A stretch of DNA of 63,057 nt, counting the filler, from an uncultured bacterium (lineage in GTDB: Bacteria > CAYUVA01), in NCBI GenBank assembly GCA_964448115.1. It is 4 parts of 4 records of this genome, joined end to end, with 100 filler letters (N's around TTAATTAATTAA, not from the genome) between each part and the next. Parts side by side here need not be neighbours in the genome. Positions count along the whole stretch, not along the records: positions 1 to 22,255 come from CAYUVA010000060.1; 3 more parts are not named here. One strand, given 5' to 3'. Below the pieces are notes generated by a model. It had not been told where the DNA came from. It was given only the letters and a program-made list of their open reading frames with translations, and made no database searches. Positions 10,982-19,010 of the stretch are shown piece by piece (position 1 is the stretch's first letter; every line of letters begins with the position of its first letter). The position numbers were made by a program, and so were the translations under genes.

Positions 10982-13402
10982 CTAGCGCCAGGCGATATGC
11001 AGAATCTTCTTGTAGCCCATTGAGTAGTGGGTAACGAACCTGCCGTCACTTGTAATGATCATAAGCTTCGTGTATTTCCCCTTCTCGGAGACATAAGCGA
11101 TGAACCTTCCATCCGGGGACCAGCAAGGTGCATAGTCTCTATCCATCGAATTTGTCATGCGTCTCAGGTTGCTACCCTGTGGACTTACCAGGTAGATCTC
11201 GGAGTTAAAATCCCGATTGCTGACAAAGGCGATGCGATCGCCCTGTGGCGACCATGCCGGGTATCGATCCTCAGCCTTGTCGTTTGTAAGTCGCCTCTCG
11301 GCTCTGCTGTTGATGTCCATGCAATAGATATCCCAATTGAGATCCCGATAAGACTCGAAGGCTATATATCTTCCATCAGGGGACATGGTCGGATAGTCAT
11401 CTCGGTACCTGTTATTTGTTATTGCGATCTCCCTTTTACTGGAAAGCTCGATCATGTAAATCTCGGTCTCGACATATCTTTTTGATATAAAGAAGATCGA
11501 TGCGCCGCTGATGCTGAAGATGGGATAGCCGTCCTCGTAGATGTTGTCGGTCAATTGGGTTAGATTCGAGCCATCGTAGTTGGATAGGAATATCTCCCGA
11601 TTGCCGGTTCTATCGGATACGAACGCTATCTTTTCCTTGTCTTTGGAGAATGAGGGAGTGAAGTTGCTGTGCATCTCGTTACCGAATATGGTAGTTCGCC
11701 TGGTTTGGGGATCGAATATCTCGATCTTATAATTCCCCTTATCCTCTATGGTCAGCGCCAGCAAGCCCCTGACGGTCATCTGTTTTCTTCGTTCAGCCCT
11801 TGCCACCTGGGCTTGGTTTTTCCGTGCCGTCTTGGTTCTTTGCAGTATCTGCCTGATGCTTTTTAGCCTTTCGTCTATCTTGGGATCGGATCTTATCATA
11901 AGATAATCCTCGAAATATCTTAGCGCATCCTCGAACCTTTGTTTTGTAATAGCCTCCTGTCCCAGGTTATACAGTTTTACTGCCAGGGCATCTATTCTGT
12001 CCTTTACCTCTACATCATCAGGATACCTGGTCTTCAACTCCTTTAGAAAGTGGAAGGCGTTTTGTCCAGGGGGGCTGACATAAGCGCCTTTGGCTATATA
12101 TTCATCCGCCTTTTCAAGCAGTTTTGCTCGAAGAAGATTCTGTTGAATTCTTGCTTTGTCCCGAGCTGACTCGACCATTTGCTTGGTGCTATCTCCGGAG
12201 AACCAGAACCTATGGTCTTTATAGTGATATGCCATATAAAGTATAAAAAGACCGACCAAGAACATCAGCCCGATTCCTTTACTCGCTGTCGGCTTGATCG
12301 CTCTTGTAATCCAGCTTTCCTTGACAACGGTCTGTTCATCTTTACGCTCGAAGATATCCTCGATCTCGTCGGCAAGCTCCGTGGAGCGCATGATAGTAAA
12401 GGATCTTCTATCTTTCGGTCGATGTGATTGCTGTTGCATCAGCTTTATATCATCGGAGCTTTTCCATTCCTTCAGGGCATCGGATAGCTCCTTAGTTCTC
12501 TGTTCATCCTTAAAGTCAAGCTCCTCGGCAAGCGCCTCCAGCGATTCCTCGTCCTTTTCGACCTCTGTCTCCAATACCTTGAGTATCTCTACCTCTTTTT
12601 TCAATTGTTTGCTCTTGAGGGCAGCGATGAAGTCGGAGCATGTGGAATATCTATCCTTCGGATGCTTGCTCAGCGCCCTTGCGATTATATTGTTGAAAGC
12701 AGCCGGTATCCTGGTATCGATAGCCCTAGGTGGTGGTGGATTGTCCTCCAGGATTCGCTCAAGGACCTCCGGGTTACTGTTAGCAGCAAAAGCCTCAACG
12801 CCGGTTAAAAGCTCGAACAATAAAGAACCCAGGGTAAATATATCCGAGTGTTTACCGGTCCCGCGTTGCAAAACTGCCTCCGGCGATAGATAACATAAAA
12901 GCGGCGCATAAGGTTGCTTAACCGGCAATAGCTCCTTCACTGCATCGCAGAAGCCGAAGCCGATGATATGCACCTTTAGCTTGTCGCCGATATAGATATC
13001 ATTGAGCGACAAGGTCCCATGGTAGATATCATGGACATGAACAGCGTCCAGGGCGCTGGCTACCTGGACTATGATCTCGGCCGTCTCCTTGAAGTCGAAC
13101 AGCTTACCCGAGTTCAGCAGTTCCTGGAGCGATTTGCCAGGTGGTAGCTCATAAGCCAGCCCAAGATAAGCATGACTGTCGATTATGCGGTAGTGGTGAT
13201 AAATATTGAAGTGGCTAATCCTTCCCAGGTACTCGAATTGCTGCCTCATACCCTCGGTAATCGATAGATCGTGGATATTCTTTAGCTCGATTACCTTGCA
13301 GACACAAGGGTAGCTTCGCTGAAGATCCTCGCATAAGCATAGTTTGAATATGGGATCTTCATAGAGGATCTTCAATACCTGGAGGGTTTTGTCCAGTTCC
13401 AT
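10982..13402 (-). CDS. Hanks-type kinase-like domain (probable pseudokinase) + TM + TPR-like helices + TolB/PD40 beta-propeller
   Basis: Kinase subdomains YLSPE, SDIFTLG, ELLTG, RALSKHPKDRY; TM at about aa 376-392; PD40 repeats (PSFSKD, PTMSPDG, PAWSPQG, PCWSPDG). Confidence 0.85.
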   Translation of the reverse strand: MELDKTLQVLKILYEDPIFKLCLCEDLQRSYPCVCKVIELKNIHDLSITEGMRQQFEYLGRISHFNIYHHYRIIDSHAYLGLAYELPPGKSLQELLNSGKLFDFKETAEIIVQVASALDAVHVHDIYHGTLSLNDIYIGDKLKVHIIGFGFCDAVKELLPVKQPYAPLLCYLSPEAVLQRGTGKHSDIFTLGSLLFELLTGVEAFAANSNPEVLERILEDNPPPPRAIDTRIPAAFNNIIARALSKHPKDRYSTCSDFIAALKSKQLKKEVEILKVLETEVEKDEESLEALAEELDFKDEQRTKELSDALKEWKSSDDIKLMQQQSHRPKDRRSFTIMRSTELADEIEDIFERKDEQTVVKESWITRAIKPTASKGIGLMFLVGLFILYMAYHYKDHRFWFSGDSTKQMVESARDKARIQQNLLRAKLLEKADEYIAKGAYVSPPGQNAFHFLKELKTRYPDDVEVKDRIDALAVKLYNLGQEAITKQRFEDALRYFEDYLMIRSDPKIDERLKSIRQILQRTKTARKNQAQVARAERRKQMTVRGLLALTIEDKGNYKIEIFDPQTRRTTIFGNEMHSNFTPSFSKDKEKIAFVSDRTGNREIFLSNYDGSNLTQLTDNIYEDGYPIFSISGASIFFISKRYVETEIYMIELSSKREIAITNNRYRDDYPTMSPDGRYIAFESYRDLNWDIYCMDINSRAERRLTNDKAEDRYPAWSPQGDRIAFVSNRDFNSEIYLVSPQGSNLRRMTNSMDRDYAPCWSPDGRFIAYVSEKGKYTKLMIITSDGRFVTHYSMGYKKILHIAWR

Positions 13403-13458
13403 CAGAATACCTTGAAGATGTTATGGCATAAGAGTGAATGATGCATCATTAGAAGGCT

Positions 13459-13905
13459 CTAATTCCCCCCGGTGGTTGTTTTTTTCTGGAAGGCAGCCTT
13501 TTCCTTATCATCGATATCCTTGGCAACGATCTTCTTGATCTTCTCCAGCTTCAGATCTACAAGACCATAGACCTCATTCTTTATATAAAGGCTATCGAGT
13601 ATTGAGACCACGGCTCGCTGCCCGGTGCGCATGTTGACTATCACCTTGTTCGACTCCGCACTGGGAAGGATCGACTTTATTCGATCAAAGGGGATCTCTA
13701 TGTGGCCGAACTCGGTGAACCCAGAGAGGCTCTTGGCATAGTGCATCTTCAAGATCCCCTCTATGGAGCGGCTTCCGTCCTTCATATAGACGACGAAGAT
13801 GTTCGGTTTCTTCTCTTCATCCAGGCATTCGCCGACAAGCGGGAGGATTAACCAGCAGACAGCAAGGGATAAGGTAATAGATGTCATGCTATTGGTTCTA
13901 AGCAT
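13459..13905 (-). CDS. Hypothetical secreted protein with two short beta-rich repeats
   Basis: AGGAGG RBS before ATG at 13905; signal-like N-terminus; TEFGHIEIPFDRIKSI and VYGLVDLKLEKIKKI repeats. Confidence 0.6.
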   Translation of the reverse strand: MLRTNSMTSITLSLAVCWLILPLVGECLDEEKKPNIFVVYMKDGSRSIEGILKMHYAKSLSGFTEFGHIEIPFDRIKSILPSAESNKVIVNMRTGQRAVVSILDSLYIKNEVYGLVDLKLEKIKKIVAKDIDDKEKAAFQKKTTTGGN

Positions 13906-14090
13906 ATATCCTCCTAGGTTGATATGATTTCTAATATGAAGTGGCTTATCCATTTACATCCTTCCAAGCTATTCTTACCAAGCAAATCTAGCAAATGTGC
14001 CGTATTAAGTCAAAAATAACAAGCTGTGATCCGTATTAGTATTGCAAGTAGTCAAAGGTCCTAGATGGCAATGTCGTTCGTGTTGGATCA

Positions 14091-17000
14091 TTATTGATCA
14101 AATCTGCCTCTGCGCTTGCGCTTCTTATTATCATCATTTGAATCGTCCTTATCATCCATTCTTTTATCGATAACATCGCCCTTCAGGTCCTTTATCAGCG
14201 AATCCAGTTCATCGGAGATGGACCTGGTATCGTCCAGAATATCGTTATAATCCTGGTCTAGTGGAACCTTTAGTTCCTCGGAGATATCCCTGGCATCAAT
14301 ATCATCTTCATCGTGTTTTTCAGTCGGCTGGTCATTCTTTTTTCTTTGTTTTTCCAGGAACTCTTCCTCCTCCGGGGTCAACTCGGTCGAATCCATGGGA
14401 GTCATGCTCAGGGAGTCATCCTTGATGGGGCTATCTTCATCTCCGATATCCCCGATCGTGCTTACCAGGTCTTCTTTTGTGATCAGCAGGTCCTCATCAA
14501 TATCCAATGTTGATTCTAGTTCTGGATCCGGTTTCTCTGAGGAGTCTTTTTCCTTTGACTCCTTGGCATCGTCTTGTTGGTCAGCGATATGTTGATATGC
14601 CTCGTTGAATCTGAGGAAGCGTTCCTCATTGGTCTCTAGGGGCAGGTCGTCCTCCTCGACAGGTTCAAGTTTTTCTCTTTGTTTGGACTCCTCGGTGATA
14701 AGCTCGAACTTGAAATCCTCTTCCTGCTTCTTTTCTGGGGCTTCCAGGTTTTTGATTATCCGTATTGGAGGCTTCTTCTTCTCATCAGATTCTTTGGGTG
14801 TTTTTTCCTTGCCTTGCGAGTCTGTTATTTCCCCTGGTGGTTTTATCTCTGTTGGCTCGATCGGCTGCATCTTCTGCAGGGTTTGGTCATCTTCGGTTAC
14901 TAGCTCGAAGGATCCGAGGCTGGCTGTGCTCTCCGAGCTTTCTCTCTTGATTATGTTTATTGGGGGTTTCTTTTCTGCCTTCTGTTTATCCTCCAGGTCT
15001 TTTTTCATCTTTTCTCGATATGATAATGCTCCTGGCTCGGTATATTTATCCTGGACCTTGCTCTTTTGTTTGGGTGCTTGTGGCTTGGAATACCTTGTTT
15101 TACCGGGCTTCTTGCTCTTGGTTTCTTTTTTTATTTCTTGGGTCTTTTCTGGCGGCTTTGTTTCTCTGGGGGGTGGCGGTGCTTCTGTCTTTGGCGTTTC
15201 ATCCTCAAAGCTAAAATCTTCTAAAAAGGCATCGAGATCCTCGGTTTCATCTTCATCGAGAAAATCCTTCAGAGCCTGCATGTCATCGAGCTGTTTTTTA
15301 CTTTCCTTTTTACTTTTTACCCTTCTGCCGATGGATAGGGTAAGCTTGATAACGAAGAGGATAACCAACAGGCTAAGAACGGTTATTATGGCTATCTTTA
15401 TATACATCTCGGTCTGCATCTTACTTTTAAAAAAATCATAGTAGTTTATCTTTTCAATCTTACCCATGTATTGAATTGCAGCCTGGGACACCTGCCAGCC
15501 AGGGAGTATCTGCGAGCCATGCTTTATCCCCTCGAAGGTCGGTTCCAAGCCGAGCAATCCCCAGAGCAGCGCAGCCGGCAGCACGCACTGGGTGCTAAGA
15601 TACGGTTCTCCAACCCAGCTTTGGGGCATACCTTCAATAGTCCAACAATTGGTGCCTTCCAGTAAGTGGGTTAATCGGTATCTTAGGGCGAGATTCTTCA
15701 ATCGTTTATATGCGGTTTGGATATCACCCAGCTTGCCGCGGGCAATGATCTCCCAGAAGGTCCACTCGGGGAATATGCCGCCGTTCATGTAGCGTCCGAA
15801 GCTGCTGACCTCTGGCTTGCGAAACGGAGCCTTGACCTGCGAGGATGCATCGTAAAGGTTGCAGGGGATTCCCCACTTAGCCAGACGATGGTTCTCCGAT
15901 AGTTCTTCGAGCCTGGAATCTATGCTGCGCAGTATCCGTTTTCCTTTGGCTTTGCCGCTTATGCCAAAGACGATGGCTAGAAGGTTGGGAGCGGTATATA
16001 GATGCGCTTGAGCGTTTCCCTTGCTATCGACCCATTCTGCATACCCGCCATAGTTATAGAAGCTGGAGTCCCAAAAGACCTCATTAAAGGCTCGCTTCAC
16101 TGCTTTAGCGCGATCTCGATAAATTTTAGCTTGCCGGGCATCTCCAGCGAAGTTCTCAAGCTCAGCCATGCAAAAAAGAGCCTTGTAATAAAGGGCATTG
16201 ACAAAGGATATCTTGCCGTGCCAGCCTAAAGTATCAAAATAGCAGTGCGTGTCCATGAAGCCACCGGTTAGAGCCTCCCCGGAGTTTATTAGATCGCCGT
16301 TCTGATCGGCGTTCCTGTTGCAATAGGCAATTGCCTTGCGAGCGGACGGCAAAAGCTCTGCCAACAGCTCCCTGTCCCCGGTCTTGAGTATGTGATTATG
16401 CAATGCGATGATGAATGAAGGCTCATTGTCATCCGCCTTTCTGCCAAGACCGCCGCTTAAAAGCGCGCCATCTTCCCCCTGGTTGGATGCCAGGTAGCGA
16501 AGGTAATCCCCAAAGGCAGTGCTTGCCCGCGAGGGACCTTTATCTCCCTGTATCCCATATAACAAGGCATAACTATAAGTATAGGCGGTAAGGGTAAAGA
16601 AATATCCACCAGCTTGATTGCCGAAGATCCCCTTCTTCTCGTCAGCGATCACGCTACCATTTACAAACTGGTCGTACATGCTTTTGATGGTTTCTTCCAG
16701 GAAGCGATCCGGGATGGTAACGCTGAGCTGCAAGCCAGTGGATCTGGGTTCAACTGGCAGCACGCTCAATTCTGTTCTTCGCCGAGTCCCCCTCTTGTAA
16801 TACTGGGCTGACTTCCTTCGAGCCGATAGTTGCTCGGCGGTGAAGTTCGGCTTTAGGCTAGGTGGATCGGAAGGTAAAGTTTTCGAGGGCTGGACAAAGA
16901 TCAGCCCCCCTTTGGTGAATACATCTCCCTTGCCGAGATAGCGCTCGGTTCTTATCTTCATATCGGCGCGCAAGGGAAATGATGTATATAAGCTGAATAT

Positions 17001-19004
17001 GCCCTCGATTCCCTGGTCGGAGGCGCTTATCACCTCGGTGTTTTGGGCAAGTGGATAGTCGAAATGGAAGCGCTGATTGCTTTGCTCTTGAAGCGTTTTA
17101 ACGCCAATGAGATCACCCTTTACCCAGAATGAATTGACCACGGCATTATACCCTTGGTTGCTGAAGAACATGACAGGCTCGTACTGGCGGTACAGGCTGC
17201 TTGAGCGAACCAAGCGGGAGGCGATATTCCATGTGAATCCCGGCTTATTGCCCTCTAGTGTGATCGTCCAATCCTGGATGATGGGACCGACCTTGATATT
17301 GGATAGCTCGACCACTACCTTTTCTGCTTGATCGGCTATCACCTTAAATGCTGCCTTGTCCGCATCAAGGCTGCTGTAGATTATGCCATCGATATCTTCA
17401 TACAGGGTACATATCCTTCTGCCCTTGGGAAACGGTGGCAGTGGTTGATCCCTGAGCAGGTTGCGCGTGAAGTACCCGGATCCGTATCCATCCATTCTGA
17501 GCGACTGTATTGAAGGCTGCCTCAGGTTCAAGCGAATTCGTATGCTCCCATTGCCTAGTACTGCGCTTTCATCTCCGGTTGCAAGGTATGCCCAAGCGGG
17601 ACCTATGGAGACACTAAAGAAACGCAGCCAGCAATGGCGGCATTCGTCCGCTACAAGTTGCGATAACAGGTCGCCGTAGCTGCTCGCTGTATCCAGTATC
17701 GGGGAGTACTCTTCGATGATCTCGCCCCGGCTGTTCTCTACCAGGAATTTAACCTTATTTCTCTTACCAGCCAGGTTGATAATGTTAACCATGCTATCGA
17801 CCTGACCAGGCTTGTTCTCGATACAGGGTATATAGGCTCTGCTGGAGAGATCCGCCACCGCAGGCGCAGGATACAGGCTCATCGCTGCACTTGTCAGATC
17901 GACAATGAGGATTAGCGCATGGATCGGCTGCTTGCTGTTTATCATCAGGTAGGTCTTGCCTAGTTCAAGCTTGAAGATCTCTTCAAGCGATCTGAGGGTC
18001 AAAGCTCCCGCCTTCAGAGTCATCTTGGCTTCCTGGATGAGATTGCCATTGTCATCGAGCGCTTTTATGGATACATTGGTTGCCTGATCAGAGGTATTAA
18101 GCATTCCAATGAATGTCTGAAAGACAGCGGGCACGCTGAGCGCCAATGGAACGATCAGGTGATCGCTTGCCTTGTTCGAGTTCACCGGGACAAGACAACA
18201 GGTGCCACCCTTTATAGTATCCCTCTGGACTAGAAGCGCATAAGGCGGACGATCCCCCTGGATCTTAAGCCATCCATATCCCTCCAGGTCGGGGAATAGA
18301 CGGCTCATCGATGCCTTAAACATGCTATTCGGCGGTAACAAGACCTCTTTAGAACCGATTTCATCCCCTTTGTCATTGTGCAGAATGAGTTGATATCGGG
18401 ACCCTGCTTGAGCTGCTGAGACCATGATGAGCTGCGCGGAACTTTTATTTTTTTGCTCAAGCAAGGCTGGGACAAGATATTCCCCAGCAGCTTGATTCAT
18501 GGATATCCCCCCATAGGAGTAGCTGCCCCCTCGATTGAGATCTCTTAGGATCATGCAGCCATCAAGCCCATTGGCATTCTCCAGCAAAGCCCAGCCGGTT
18601 CGATGACCGGTAAACATTTCCTCAAACGAGAGCACCATCTTGTTGTATCTTCTGATGGTTAGGGGCTTTATGGTCATAAGGTTTCCTGAATGATCGAATA
18701 TGCGCAATGTTGTGCTGCGATCCTGGTTGCTAGGGTTTAATATATGCAAAAAAGCTTGATGTCCTTGCTGGGAGGACTCGAAGTATGGAAAAACAAGATT
18801 TCCAGTGTTTTTCCTCTGCGATGCTGCTAAGAAGCCGTACAAGCCGTTGTGCGCCCTCCCCTCGGCAAGCGGTATCCTCTCTGTGATAAGGCAGCATCCA
18901 CCGAGGGCATCGCTCGCTAGTCCAGCGGCGTCTTGGTTGGCATGGCAGACCGCCATGAAGAGCAGGATAAAGCAAACACCGATTCCGGTTACTTTTTTGA
19001 GCAT
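14091..19004 (-). CDS. Large protein: signal peptide, 3-4 repeated beta-sandwich modules, (alpha/alpha)6 glycoside hydrolase (GH78/amylo-alpha-1,6-glucosidase-like), TM helix and acidic low-complexity tail
   Basis: Repeats of the form FL.I.N....T...+D..G; hydrolase-like KTGDRELL, NALYYKAL..MAEL, FNEVFWD, YMNGGIFP, LLWGLLGLEP; TM YIKIAIITVLSLLVILFVI; D/E/K-rich tail. Confidence 0.7.
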   Translation of the reverse strand: MLKKVTGIGVCFILLFMAVCHANQDAAGLASDALGGCCLITERIPLAEGRAHNGLYGFLAASQRKNTGNLVFPYFESSQQGHQAFLHILNPSNQDRSTTLRIFDHSGNLMTIKPLTIRRYNKMVLSFEEMFTGHRTGWALLENANGLDGCMILRDLNRGGSYSYGGISMNQAAGEYLVPALLEQKNKSSAQLIMVSAAQAGSRYQLILHNDKGDEIGSKEVLLPPNSMFKASMSRLFPDLEGYGWLKIQGDRPPYALLVQRDTIKGGTCCLVPVNSNKASDHLIVPLALSVPAVFQTFIGMLNTSDQATNVSIKALDDNGNLIQEAKMTLKAGALTLRSLEEIFKLELGKTYLMINSKQPIHALILIVDLTSAAMSLYPAPAVADLSSRAYIPCIENKPGQVDSMVNIINLAGKRNKVKFLVENSRGEIIEEYSPILDTASSYGDLLSQLVADECRHCWLRFFSVSIGPAWAYLATGDESAVLGNGSIRIRLNLRQPSIQSLRMDGYGSGYFTRNLLRDQPLPPFPKGRRICTLYEDIDGIIYSSLDADKAAFKVIADQAEKVVVELSNIKVGPIIQDWTITLEGNKPGFTWNIASRLVRSSSLYRQYEPVMFFSNQGYNAVVNSFWVKGDLIGVKTLQEQSNQRFHFDYPLAQNTEVISASDQGIEGIFSLYTSFPLRADMKIRTERYLGKGDVFTKGGLIFVQPSKTLPSDPPSLKPNFTAEQLSARRKSAQYYKRGTRRRTELSVLPVEPRSTGLQLSVTIPDRFLEETIKSMYDQFVNGSVIADEKKGIFGNQAGGYFFTLTAYTYSYALLYGIQGDKGPSRASTAFGDYLRYLASNQGEDGALLSGGLGRKADDNEPSFIIALHNHILKTGDRELLAELLPSARKAIAYCNRNADQNGDLINSGEALTGGFMDTHCYFDTLGWHGKISFVNALYYKALFCMAELENFAGDARQAKIYRDRAKAVKRAFNEVFWDSSFYNYGGYAEWVDSKGNAQAHLYTAPNLLAIVFGISGKAKGKRILRSIDSRLEELSENHRLAKWGIPCNLYDASSQVKAPFRKPEVSSFGRYMNGGIFPEWTFWEIIARGKLGDIQTAYKRLKNLALRYRLTHLLEGTNCWTIEGMPQSWVGEPYLSTQCVLPAALLWGLLGLEPTFEGIKHGSQILPGWQVSQAAIQYMGKIEKINYYDFFKSKMQTEMYIKIAIITVLSLLVILFVIKLTLSIGRRVKSKKESKKQLDDMQALKDFLDEDETEDLDAFLEDFSFEDETPKTEAPPPPRETKPPEKTQEIKKETKSKKPGKTRYSKPQAPKQKSKVQDKYTEPGALSYREKMKKDLEDKQKAEKKPPINIIKRESSESTASLGSFELVTEDDQTLQKMQPIEPTEIKPPGEITDSQGKEKTPKESDEKKKPPIRIIKNLEAPEKKQEEDFKFELITEESKQREKLEPVEEDDLPLETNEERFLRFNEAYQHIADQQDDAKESKEKDSSEKPDPELESTLDIDEDLLITKEDLVSTIGDIGDEDSPIKDDSLSMTPMDSTELTPEEEEFLEKQRKKNDQPTEKHDEDDIDARDISEELKVPLDQDYNDILDDTRSISDELDSLIKDLKGDVIDKRMDDKDDSNDDNKKRKRRGRFDQ

Positions 19005-19010
19005 TTTACC

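Noticed and set aside
14605-15441. 278-aa plus-strand ORF and similar Ser/Phe- or Val/Gly-rich ORFs (12294, 29661, 43268)
   Set aside because: Antisense shadows of low-complexity coding regions
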